Shown here: piece after piece, positions 52,201-64,000 of the stretch
Layout: every line of letters begins with the position of its first letter
Position numbering within the stretch: position 1 is the stretch's first letter
From: Anaeramoeba ignava BMAN
Lineage: Eukaryota; Protista; Anaeramoebae
Length of the DNA: 64,000 nt
NCBI GenBank assembly: GCA_028826165.1
Contig: JAPDFW010000059.1
Span: 682,001-746,000 of the forward strand
Direction of reading: 5' to 3'
Notes under the pieces: generated by a model
Database searches by the model: none
Told to the model about the DNA's origin: nothing
What the model saw: only the letters and a program-made list of their open reading frames with translations
Translations under genes and position numbers: made by a program

Positions 52201-53738
52201 TTGAATTTGATTTTTAATTTGATTTTGGATTAAATTGATTTTGAATTTGAATTTGAATTTGAATTGAATTAAATTAAATTAAATTGAATTTGAATTAAAT
52301 TGAATTTGAATTAAATTTGAATTAAATTGAATTTGAATTAAATTTGAATTAAATTGAATTTGAATTAAATTTGAATTAAATTGAATTTGAATTAAATTTG
52401 AATTAAATTGAATTTGAATTAAATTTGAATTAAATTGAATTTGAATTAAATTGAATTTGAAATTGAATTTGAATTTGAATTAAATTGATTTTGGATTAAA
52501 TTGATTTTGAATTTGAATTTGATTTTGAATTTGAAATTAAATTTAATTGAATTAAATTGAATTAAATTGAATTTGAAATTAAATTAAATTGAATGGATTT
52601 TGATTTTGAATTTGAATTAAATTGAATTTGAATTAAATTGAATTAAATTGAATTTGAATTTGATTTTGAATTTGGATTAAATTGAATTTGAATTTGAATT
52701 TGAATTTGAATTGAATTTGAATTTGAATTTGGATTAAATTGGAATTTTGAATTTGAATTTGAATTAAATTGAATTAAATTTTTGGAATTTGAATTTGAAT
52801 TTAAATTGATTTTGAATTTTAAATTAAATTTGAATTAAATTGATTTTTGAATTAAATTTGAATTGATTTTGAATTTGAAATTGAATTTGAATTTGATTTA
52901 AAATTGAATTTAAATTGAATTTGAATTGATTTTGATTTTGAATTTGGATTTTAAATTTGAAATTGGAATTAATTTTGAATTTGAAATTGAATTTGAATTT
53001 GATTTTAAATTGAAATTGAATTTAAATTGAATTTTGATTTTTGAAATTGAATTAAATTAAATTTTGAAATTGAAATTGATTAGAATTAAATTGAATTTGA
53101 AATTGAATTAAATTGAATTAAATTGAATTAGAATTAAATTGATTTTAAATTGAATTAAATTGAATTAAATTGAATTAAATTGAATTAAATTGATTTTGAA
53201 TTAAAATTGAATTGATTTTGAATTTGAAATTGAATTAAATTGAATTTGATTTTGGATTAGAATTAAATTGGATTTGAAATTAAATTAAATTAAATTGGAT
53301 TTGAATTAAATTAAATTAAATTGAATTAAATTGAATTAAATTGAATTTGAATTAAATTAAATTTGGATTTTGATTTTGGATTAGAATTAAATTGAATTTG
53401 AAATTGAATTTGAATTTGAATTAAATTGAATTAAATTGAAATTGAATTAAATTGAATTTGAATTTGATTTTGAATTTGAATTTTGAATTTTAATTTGATT
53501 TTGGATTAGAATTTGAATTTGATTTTGAATTAAATTGATTTTGAAATTGAAATACAAATTTTAAAATTTCAGGAACAAGATCAATTTCTTGAGAACAATT
53601 CGGACATTGAAATAATTGTTTGTTGGCAGAAAGCAAAATAATACAATTTAAACAAAATACTCCTTGACATTGACTACATTGAAAAAGGAATTGTTGTTTT
53701 TTGCATTTTGAACATTGGTTAGTTAATTGTAAATCCAT
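49282..53738 (-). CDS. Zinc-finger protein: RING/B-box-like N-terminus, CCCH fingers and a very long Q/N-rich low-complexity tail; several apparent frameshifts
   Basis: [12 protein letters not shown]...[12 protein letters not shown]...CPNC; probable intron about 53554-52086; then [30 protein letters not shown] and [17 protein letters not shown], followed by QNQI repeats. The 3' structure is uncertain. Confidence 0.6.
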
Positions 53739-54095
53739 TAAAAAAAAAAAAGGAAAAAAAAATGAAAAATAAAAAATTAAAAAAAAAAAACAGGAAAAAA
53801 AAAAGTAGAAAAATTGAAATAAAAAAAGATTCTTTGTTCCACTTTTTTTTGATTTTGATTTTGTATTTTTGATTTTGTTTTTAATTTTATTTTTGATTTT
53901 GTTTTTGATTTTGTTTTTAAAAAAATAAAGAAAAAAAAAATGAATCATTTTGACTAAATTTCACATCACTTTTCAAATAAAAAACGTCATTTGTTAATTT
54001 AAATTGATGTTTTAAAATCGAAATTTAAAAACAAAAAAGAATTTTAAAAAATTTTTTTCATTTTTTTTCATTTTTTTTCATTTAGATTTTTTAAA

Positions 54096-57000
54096 ATGTC
54101 AAATAAAGATAATTTACCAAAAGAAAACGAAAAAGAAAAAGAAAAAGAAAAAGAAAACAAAATTGAAGAAAAAGAAGAAGAAGTTAAACAAGTAGTTACA
54201 ACAACTAAAGTTGTTGCAGGAAAAGAAGGAGTTGATTATGTAAAAATAGTTGAAGAATTTGGAATGCAATTAATTACTGATCCAATGATTGAAAAGATGG
54301 GAAAATTATCAAAAACACCTTTACATCATTGGATTAAAAGAGGATTATTTTTTAGTCATCGGTATTTATTTTAAAAATTTAAGTTAAATTTTAATTAAAA
54401 TTTTGTTTTTTTTATTTTCTTTTTTTTTTTAGAAATTTAGACCAGTTATTAGATAAATATGAAAAAGGTGAACCTTTTTATTTGTATACAGGAAGAGGAC
54501 CTTCTTCTGAATCAATGCATTTGGGTAAATGCTTTATTATTTATTTAATTTCAAAAAGAATTTCAAAAAGAATTTCAAAAAGAATTTCAAAAAGAATTTC
54601 AAAAAGAATTTCAAAAAGAATTTCAAAAAGAATTTATATCAAAATTTATAATTAAATTTATAATTAAATTTATAATTAAATTTATAATTAAATTTATAAT
54701 TAAATTTATAATTATATTTATAATTATATTTATAATTAAATTTATATCAAAATTTATAATTAAATTATTAATTAAATTTATAATTAAATTTATAATTAAA
54801 TTTATAATTAAATTTATAATTAAATTTATAATTAAATTTATAATTAAATTTATAATTAAATTTATAATTAAATTTATAATTAAATTTATATCAAAATTTA
54901 TAATTAAATTTATAATTATATTTATAATTAAATTTATAATTAAATTTATAATTAAATTATTAATTAAATTTATAATTAAATTTATAATTAAATTTATATC
55001 AAAAATTTATAATTATATTTTATATCAAAATTTATAATTAAATTCATAATTAAATTTATAATTAAATTTATAATTATATTTATAATTTAAAATTTATAAT
55101 TAAATTTATAATTAAATTTATAATTAAAATTTATAATTAAATTTATAATTAAATTTATAATTAAATTTATAATTATATTTATAATTATAATTTATAATTA
55201 AATTTATAATTAAATTTATAATTAAATTTTATAATTAAATTTATAATTAAATTTTATAATTAAATTTATAATTAAATTTATAATTAAATTTATAATTATA
55301 TTTATAATTATATTTATAATTAAATTTATAATTAAAATTTATAATTAAATTTATAATAAAATTTAAAAAGAATTTAAAAAAAGAATTTATAATTATATTT
55401 TATAATTAAATTTATAATTAAATTTTATAATAAAATTTAAAAAGAATTTTAAAAAGAATTTATAATTAAATTTATATCAAAAATTTATAATTAAATTTAT
55501 AATTAAATTTATAATTAAATTTATAATTAAATTTATAATTAAATTTATAATTATATTTATAATTATATTTATAATTAAATTTATAATTAAATTTTATAAT
55601 TAAATTTGTAATTATATTTTATAATTAAATTTATAATTATATTTATAATTAAATTTATAATTAAATTTATATTTATATTTAAATTATATTTAAATTATAT
55701 TTAAATTATATTTATATCAAAATTTATAATTAAATTTATAATTAAATTTATAATTATATTTAAATTATATTTATATTTAAATTAAAATTATAATTAATAA
55801 TTAAATTTATAATCAAATTTATAATTATATTTATAATTATATTTATAATTATATTTATATCTAAATTTATAATTAAATTGTAATTAAATTGTATTTAAAT
55901 TAATTATTAAAAGGTCATTTAATTCCATTTATGATGACAAAATGGCTTCAGGACGCATTTGGATGTCCATGCGTTATTCAATTAACAGATGATGAAAAAT
56001 TCTTATGGAATCCAAAATTAACACTTGAAAAAGTGCATCAATTCATGATAGAAAATGCGAAAGATATTATAGCATGTGGATTTGATCCTGAAAAAACTTT
56101 TATATTTTCAGACATGAATTATATTGGAGAAATGTATCCAAATATTTGCAAGATTAGAAAAATTTTAACTTTCAATCAAGTTCGTTCTACTTTCGGTTTC
56201 ACTAAATCTTCGAATATCGGTCAAATTGCTTTTAGTGCTGTTCAAGCTGCTCCTGCTTTTTCAAGTTCATTTCCAAAACTTTTTGCTGATAAAAAAAAAG
56301 TTAATTGCTTGATTCCTTGTGCAGTTGATCAAGTATATAACAATTTAACTTTAATTTGAATTGATTTTAAATTGAATTGATTTTGAATTGAATTGAATTG
56401 AATTGATTTTAAATTGAATTGAATTGAATTTAAATTGAATTAAATTGAATTAATTTTAAATTGATTTGAATTGAATTGAATTGAATTGAATTTAAATTAA
56501 ATTGAATTGAATTGAATTGAATTGAATTGAATTGAATTGATTTTAAATTGAATTGATTTTGAATTGAATTTAAATTGAATTGAATTGAATTTGAATTGAA
56601 TTGAATTGATTTTGAATTTGAATTGAATTGAATTTAAATTGAATTGAATTTAAATTGAATTGAATTGATTTTAAATTGAATTAGAATTAAATTGATTTTA
56701 AATTTAATTGAATTGAATTGAATTAAATTAAATTGAATTTATTTTAAATTGAATTTATTTTAAATTGAATTTATTTTATTATAATTTTTTACAAAAAAAA
56801 AGGATCCATATTTTAGATTAACTAGAGATATCGCACCTAAACTTAAAGAAAAAAAACCATCATTAATGTGTTCTAAATTTATTCCATCTCTTCTTGGATT
56901 AAATGAAAAAATGAGTTCATCAAATCCAAATTCTGCAATTTTTCTAACTGACACACCAAATCAAATTCGGAACAAGATCAACAAGTATGCTTTTTCAGGA

Positions 57001-57267
57001 GGAGGAGATACAATTGAAGAACATAGAAAAAATGGTGCAAATCTTAAAGTGGATATCCCATTTCATTACTTGAAAATTTTCCATCCAGATCAAGAAAGAA
57101 TTGAACAAATTCGTAAAGATTATGGTTCAGGTCAAATGTTAACTGGTGAAGTTAAAAAAGAACTTATTTCAATTTTGCAAGATATTGTTAAAAAACATCA
57201 GGAAAATAGAAAGGCTATTACTGATGAAGTTTTACAGAAATTTATGACTCCTCGTCAATTAGTTTAG
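54096..57267 (+). CDS. WARS1: Tryptophanyl-tRNA synthetase, cytosolic eukaryotic type (exons 54096-54361, 54433-54524, 55914-56332, 56803-57267)
   Basis: [68 protein letters not shown] and [10 protein letters not shown]. Confidence 0.96.
54550..55900. repeat. Intronic tandem repeats (AATTTCAAAAAG)n then (ATAATTAAATTT)n
   Basis: Fill TrpRS intron 2. Confidence 0.9.
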
Positions 57268-57419
57268 ATTCTAAATCAAATTCTTTTTCCTTTTTTTTTT
57301 TACTTTTCAATTTTTCATTAAAATTTAAACATCAAATCTTTTTAAATTTCTTTTTACATCTTCAAATAAAAATTAAAATAAAATAATTAAAATAAAATAA
57401 TTAAATTTTAAGAATAAAA

Positions 57420-57451
57420 GCATCGTTGGTTCAGTGGTAGAATACAAGCTT
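57420..57451 (+). pseudogene. 5' half copy of tRNA-Gly(GCC)
   Basis: GCATCGTTGGTTCAGTGGTAGAATACAAGCTT is identical to the first 32 nt of the tRNA at 57712 and then runs into a T tract. Confidence 0.85.
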
Positions 57452-57711
57452 TTTATTTATTAATTAATTAAATTAAAAAAGTGGAATAAAAATAAAATAA
57501 AAAAGTGGAATAAAAATAATTAAATAATAATTTTTTAGAATAAATATATAATTAATAAAAATATTTAAATTTAATAAATTAATTATTATTAAAAAAGTGG
57601 AATAAAAAATTAAAATAATAAATTAAAATTAAATTTTTCAAAATTAAAAATAAATAATTAAATTTTTCAAAATTAAAAAATAAGAAAAAATAATTAAAAT
57701 TTAATATAAAA

Positions 57712-57782
57712 GCATCGTTGGTTCAGTGGTAGAATACAAGCTTGCCATGTTTGTGATCCGGGTTCGATTCCCGGACGATGCA
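57712..57782 (+). tRNA. tRNA-Gly (anticodon GCC)
   Basis: Cloverleaf: acceptor GCATCGT/ACGATGC, D arm GTTC-AGTGGTA-GAAT, anticodon arm CAAGC-TTGCCAT-GTTTG, T arm CCGGG-TTCGATT-CCCGG. Downstream T tract. Confidence 0.96.
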
Positions 57783-57849
57783 CTTTAAAATATTTTTTTT
57801 TATTTATTTTTAAATCTTTATTTAAATTGTTTTAATTGTTTTAATTGTT

Positions 57850-58524
57850 TTAAAAACAACAATCACAATAAAAAGGACATAAAGGTGTTTTTCCAGCAAG
57901 TGGATTATTTAATTTTAATTCATCCATTGTATAAATTTTATATCCTTCTTCTGTTGTTTTTCTTTTTTTTGATTTATTTCTTTTTTTAAGATTGATTTGT
58001 TCTTCTTTTTTTTCAAAAGAATTATTTTTTTTAATTTGTAATTTAGGTTTAAGTTCAAAAATATCATCAATTTCATTTAATTTCTTTATTTCAATTTCAT
58101 TTGATTTCTTTATTTCATTTTGATTTAATTTCTTTGTTTGATTTTCATTTAATTTCTTTATTTCATTTTGATTTGATTTCTTTATTTCATTTTGATTTAA
58201 TTTCTTTATTTCATTTTGATTTAATTTCTTTGTTTGATTTTCATTTGATTTCTTTGTTTGATTTTCATTTAATTTCTTTATTTGATTTTCATTTAATTTC
58301 TTTGTTTGATTTTCATTTGATTTCTTTATTTGATTTTGATTTGATTTCTTTATTTGATTTTGATTTGATTTCTTTGTTTGATTTTGATTTAATTTCTTTA
58401 TTTCAATTTGATTTAATTTCTTTATTTGATTTGATTGTAAATCAATAACTTCAAATATAATTTTAGATTTTTTCTTTTTTTGTAATCTTGGTTTTTTATT
58501 TGAATTTAACTCAAAAGAAAACAT
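57850..58524 (-). CDS. DUF1764-like eukaryotic protein with 8-aa internal repeats
   Basis: EIDDIF and C-terminal RKTTEEGYKIYTMDEL...AGKTPLCPFYCDCCF* fit the DUF1764 family terminus. Confidence 0.78.
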   Translation of the reverse strand: MFSFELNSNKKPRLQKKKKSKIIFEVIDLQSNQIKKLNQIEIKKLNQNQTKKSNQNQIKKSNQNQIKKSNENQTKKLNENQIKKLNENQTKKSNENQTKKLNQNEIKKLNQNEIKKSNQNEIKKLNENQTKKLNQNEIKKSNEIEIKKLNEIDDIFELKPKLQIKKNNSFEKKEEQINLKKRNKSKKRKTTEEGYKIYTMDELKLNNPLAGKTPLCPFYCDCCF

Positions 58525-58583
58525 TTGAAGAAAAAAGAAAAATGAAAAAAAAATTTTGAAAAAAAAATTTTGAAGAAAAAGTT

Positions 58584-61500
58584 TTAACGATGAATCTTAC
58601 AAGCAATATCAATATTAAAAGAAGGAACTTGAAAAATAATGAAAAGATTTTCAACTTTGCAATTGAAAATTTGATGAATTAATTTGCCTGAAAAAGTATC
58701 ATAAATATCAATAATATAATCATTATAATCAATTAAATCAGTTTGAATTTTAATTTGAAAAGAATCAACTGTATTAACTGGTAAATGTTCTTGATAATTA
58801 TTCCACCATGTATTATTTACATTTTGAATCCAAATTAATGCTAAATTTTCTGTAGAAATTCCATAAGGATGAACTGAATTAGGAACTTCAGAAAAAATAC
58901 AAATATTCCAAAAATTTTTGTTGAATTCAATCCCTTCAACAAATTCTGCTAATGGTTTATAAAGTGGATAAAGGTTTTGTGGAGCTATATATGAATCCCA
59001 CCACTAAATTCAATTTTAAATCAATTTTAAATCAATTTTAAATCAATTTTAAATCAATTTTAAATCAATTTTAAATCAATTTTAAATCAACTTTAAATCA
59101 ATTTTAAATCAATTTTATATCAATTTTATATCAATTTTAAATCAATTTTAAATCAATTTTATATCAATTTTATATCAATTTTATATCAATTTTATATCAA
59201 TTTTAAATTAATTTTAAATCAATTTTAAATCAATTTTATATCAATTTTAAATCAATTTTAAATCAATTTTAAATCAATTTTAAATCAATTTTAAATCAAT
59301 TTTAAATCAATTTTATATCAATTTTAAATCAATTTTATATCAATTTTATATCAATTTTATATTAATTTTATATCAATTTTATATCAATTTTATATCAATT
59401 TTATATCAATTTTATATCAATTTTAAATCAATTTTAAATCAATTTTAAATCAATTTTAAATCAATTTTATATTAATTTTATATCAATTTTAAATCAATTT
59501 TAAATCAATTTTATATCAATTTTAAATCAATTTTATATCATTTTTAAATCAATTTTATATCAATTTTAAATCAATTTTATATCAATTTTAAATCAATTTT
59601 AAATCAATTTTAAATCAATTTTAAATCAATTTTAAATCAATTTTATATCAATTTTAAATCAATTTTATATCAATTTTAAATCTATTTTATATCAATTTTA
59701 TATCAATTTTAAATCAATTTTATATCAATTTTATATCAATTTTAAATAAATTTTAAATAAATTTTATATCAATTTTAAATCAATTTTAAATCAATTTTAA
59801 ATCAATTTTAAATCAATTTTAAATCAATTTTATATCAATTTTAAATCAATTTTAAATAAATTTTAAATTAATTTTATATCAATTTTATATTAATTTTAAA
59901 TCAATTTTATATCAATTTTAAATCAATTTTATATCAATTTTAAATCAATTTTATATTAATTTTATATCAATTTTATATCAATTTTATATCAATTTTTATA
60001 TCAATTTTTATATCAATTTTATATCAATTTTATATTAATTTTAAATCAATTTTAAATCAATTTTAAATCAATTTTATATCAATTTTAAAATCAATTTTTA
60101 TATCAATTTTAAATCAATTTTATATCAATTTTATATCAATTTTAAATCAATTTTAAAATTAATTTTTATATCAATTTTATATCAATTTTATATCAATTTT
60201 ATATCAATTTTAAATCAATTTTATATTAATTTTAAATCAATTTTATATCAATTTTATATTAATTTTTATATCAATTTTAAATCAATTTTTATATCAATTT
60301 TATATTAATTTTTATATCAATTTTAAATCAATTTTATATCAATTTTATATCAATTTTATATCAATTTTATATCAATTTTAAATCAATTTTATATCAATTT
60401 TTTATATCAATTTTAAATCAATTTAAATAAATTTTAAATCAATTTTAAATATTTCAATTTTATATCAATTTTATATCAATTTTATATCAATTTTATATCA
60501 ATTTTATATCAATTTTAAATCAATTTTAAATCAATTTTATATCAATTTTAAATCAATTTTAAATCAATTTTATATCAATTTTATATCAATTTTAAATCAA
60601 TTTTAAATTAATTTTATATCAATTTTAAATCAATTTTATATCAATTTTATATCAATTTTAAATCAATTTTAAATTAATTTTATATCAATTTTAAATCAAA
60701 TTTTATATCAATTTTATATCAATTTTAAATCAATTTTAAATTAATTTTAAATCAATTTTAAATCAATTTTAAATCAATTCTAAATGATATAAACAAACCC
60801 AAGTCATAGAAGTTGCAGCTGCTAAAGAACAAAGAGAAGACCAAATTCCATTATGAATATGAATTCCATTTGGGTCTTCAGATCTAGTTTGGTCACCATC
60901 ACCAGAAATTCCAAACTCACCCAAATAAGAAGGTTTAGAAACAGAAAAACGGTTTAAAAGAATAATGGAGTTAACATCCAAAGCAATATCATGAGCTCCA
61001 TAAGAATGAGATTGGGAATAATTCAAAGAATCAAGAGAATAGATTTCATAATTAAGTTCACCAACAGGATTCGAAAAACTTGTTGAAACCATTTGGGGAG
61101 AAATTGAATGCAAATAATTCGCCATTTCTTGATGCCAATTTTTCACATTTAAAAATTGATCTGGATCAGAAAAATTATCAGTAAGATCAACCTCATTGAA
61201 TAGTTCCCAAGCGAAAACAGTGGAACTAAAACCGAACCTAGCAACAATATAACGCAACCGATTGAGGAAAAGCTTTTTTGCTTGATCATTAAAGAAAAAT
61301 TCACTTGCTTGATCTAACGGTCCTCCATTTTGAGCGTTATAGGGGTTAACATCCCAATACGAATAAGGGGGTGTTGATCTATATGAGTTAAATGATTCAA
61401 TGCAAAACATCAAGCGCATCGAAAGCGACTCTGCAAGATCAGTAACATAGTCAAGTCTCCAAGCATCTTCCAGTGAGTATTTTCCAAGTCCTGTTTCCAG

Positions 61501-62145
61501 ATTTTCAAGTGTAAAGGCATCAAAAGGAGAAAGCCACAAACGGGCATAATTTCCTAATCCTTCATTTGCCAGTTCAAAAAACCAAGAATCGTAATCGTAA
61601 GTTTTTTTATTTGTTCCTGACCAACAAACATTTTCACCGATTGGAAAAAAACTTTTGCCAGTCCAACTATCTTCAAAATATTGCAAATTAAATTGAGAAA
61701 CAGAAATTATCCCCCTTTGAGATTGAGGAATTTTGACATTAATAGGTTCACTAGATGAACAAACAACTTCGGTTTTTTTTGATTGATTAAATAAAGATAC
61801 GGCAAATGAAAATTTGCCTGCATAAAAGGGTGTAAATCGTGTTTGGAAACGTGCTATTCCAGTTTCTGTGAGCACTTCTTCCCCATTTCCCCCTTTGGAT
61901 CTTGTGTAATTTTGATACCAGAATGCATCTGCTTGGAACTTCTTGTTTGTTTCAATGTGCGTAAACTCAGTAACTAGTGCTATTGCGCTGTAATTGAATG
62001 GATTGCTTATTGATTTATGTGGATAAATATCAATTATAATTCGACTGTTAATTCCGTTTTCAATTTTTGAAGTACATGTGAATAATTGTGCTCGAATTAA
62101 CGTTATTAAAAATATTATAAAGAATATGTTTTGTATTTGTTTCAT
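58584..62145 (-). CDS. Secreted clan-A (GH5-like) glycoside hydrolase with N-terminal DUF5060-like domain (exons 62145-60799, 59003-58584)
   Basis: Signal peptide, ADAFWYQNY, RFTP..AGKF, FFPIGENVCW, RYIVARFG, acid/base WELFNE, nucleophile YLGEFG, and spliced MTW|WWDSY. Confidence 0.85.
59006..60780. repeat. Intronic 11-bp tandem repeat (TCAATTTTAAA/TCAATTTTATA)n, ~1.8 kb
   Basis: Fills almost the entire hydrolase intron. Confidence 0.92.
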
Positions 62146-62229
62146 TTGAATTGTAAAAAAAAATTAAAAAAAAAATGAAAAAAATTTCATTTCAAAAATT
62201 TCATTTTTTTTTATTAAAATTAAAAATAA

Positions 62230-64000
62230 ATGGAACAAATTGCTAATTTAGATATTGATGGTAAATTCTTTTTTATTAAATTATTTAATAAAAAATTAAA
62301 ATTTTTATCGTTTCTATTTTAGTTTTAGCTGCTCGAAATTTAAGTATTAAGTCTTCAAAAGGTAAAAAAATTAAAATTAAATAAAAATTAAATAAAAATT
62401 AAATTAAATTAAATTAAATAAAAATTAAATAGTTGAAATTAACCCATATGTGATAATATCTATTTATGATAATTTTTACAGAACAAATGTAGTAAAAAAT
62501 ACAACAAGACCAAAATGGAATGTTAAATTTTCAATGTAGATATGCAACACTTTTTATTTATAATATTTATAATATTTATAATATTTATATTTATATTTTA
62601 TATTATATTATTTATAATTATAATATTTATAATATTATTTATATTATTTATATTTATATTTATAATATTTATATTTATAATATTTATATTATTTATATTT
62701 ATATTTATAATATTTATAATATTTATAATATTTATAATATTTATAATATTTATAATATTTATAATATTTATAATATTTATAATATTTATATTATTTATAA
62801 TATTTATTATATTTAGAGATATCCATAACCCATTTTTAAAAATATCTATCGAAGTAAAATCAAGAAATACAAATACAAATATAGAAAATAAAGACCAATT
62901 TATCGGAAAAATAGATATAAACCTTGGATCATTATTCGAAAGGGCAATCACCAAAAATTCTACAGAAATTAAAATACCATTAACTTGGTTTGCAATTTCA
63001 GCAAATCCAAAAGCAATATCATCAAACACAAAAACGGATACAAATTATAAAACAGAATACAACTTTCAAAAAGATCCTCAAATTTTAATGAGAATTTATT
63101 ATAAATTTCCACAAGAATGGAGTCAAGCATATTTTGGATATATATGTATAACTCAAGGATATTTCGAAGATGCAATCCAATCTTTAACTGAAGGGATTCT
63201 GAAAACCAATTCAAAAGATTTTTTGCAAGTCATTTTATATTCTTTAAGAGAAATTTGTTATGAATTAGAAAAAAAATATGAACTGGCAACACATGATATA
63301 CTTCTGGCAATTGAAAGACTTCCAACATGGGGTTATGGTTATTTTCGTACAGCAATTCTTTGTTTATTAAATGGCGAAATTAAAGAAGGAATGGAACAAT
63401 TTCGCAGAGCTCAAGAAAATGAAAAAGATGATCCAGTTTTTAAATTATTATTGAAAAGACTTGAAAATAAAATCAAGAATACAAAATCAATCAAAGCAAA
63501 AGATATGAAGGAGTTTTTATTTCAAAATGAAGAAGATTCTTTTGTTGATTATTTTATTTTTTCGTGTCAAAAATCAATTATTAAATCCTCTTCAATTTTT
63601 CACACTTTGACTTCTCAAAATCAAAATTTATTCACTTCTTCTTTTCCTGATGATTTGCCTGTTTTGGGCTCTTTTATTCAAGATTCAACAATTATTTCAT
63701 CTCCAAAAACATCTTTTGAAATTGAGGAAAAAATTATGAATAATTCTATTCCAAAAAATTCAACTGAAAAAAATCAAATTGAAAATCAAATTGAAAATCA
63801 AATCAAAATACACAAGAAAAATAAAATCAAAAATGAAATCCAAATTCAAGTACAAAATGAACAAGTTTCAAATGAAAACAATGAAAAATTTAATGAATTT
63901 CATCCTAGTTTTTTAACACACAGAAAAAGTTGGCTTAATTTTTTCTCAGTTCCAATTGAAAAAGATGAAACCAATGAAAAAAATATTGAAAATAGAAATG
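62230..64000 (+). CDS. C2-domain + TPR protein, truncated by the window end; missed by the ORF track
   Basis: Four exons give MEQIANLDIDVLAARNL...INPYVII...YRTNVVKNTTRPKWNVKF...DQFIGKIDI (C2), then AYFGYICITQGYFEDAIQSLTEGI...AIERLPTWGYGYFRTA (TPR-like). The frame is open to 64000. Confidence 0.8.

Noticed and set aside
54096-57267. Possible intein or other insertion in TrpRS or other conserved enzymes
   Set aside because: The spliced proteins are colinear with normal family length, and I saw no C...HN-C/S/T splicing motifs or homing endonuclease.
57452-57711. Spacer as a giant tRNA intron or split tRNA
   Set aside because: The downstream copy is a complete tRNA with its own 5' half, so no splicing is required.
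35-64000. Alternative genetic code (TAA/TAG = Gln) or transposable elements
   Set aside because: Genes end at TAA, TAG and TGA and long exons have no internal TAR codons. No transposase, reverse transcriptase or terminal repeats were recognised.

Overview
Extremely AT-rich, gene-dense, intron-rich eukaryotic (protist) DNA using the standard code and GT-AG introns. The tandem-repeat-filled introns, N/Q-rich proteins, ankyrin-BTB gene and TCATTT initiator-like motifs suggest an Anaeramoeba-like metamonad, but this is inference only. I reconstructed 20 protein-coding genes by hand: LCMT1, GATA-PB1, a purple-acid-phosphatase-like gene, a secreted SDR, PEX4, ankyrin-BTB, PHD, TM-ARM, a 4-TM protein, SAP30-like, CEP44-like, NT-C2/coiled-coil/DIL, a Sec7 BIG ARF-GEF, syntaxin 17, ELF1, a small ankyrin gene, a RING/CCCH gene, TrpRS, DUF1764-like and a GH5-like hydrolase. 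There is also a C2-TPR gene cut by the window end, a tRNA-Gly(GCC) and a 5' half copy of that tRNA. The main discovery is in the two ankyrin-repeat genes. The variable beta-turn residues (the x positions of D-x-x-G) are encoded by separate single-codon (3-nt) or 6-nt micro-exons flanked by canonical AG/GT sites: 16 in one gene and 3 in the other. Every intron in both genes is phase 0. This looks like a codon-resolution modular system for diversifying repeat-protein binding surfaces. Most ORF-track entries made of ILIL, NFNF, KIKI or DFDF are spurious translations of microsatellites. Several genes have single-base frameshifts in homopolymers, probably assembly errors.
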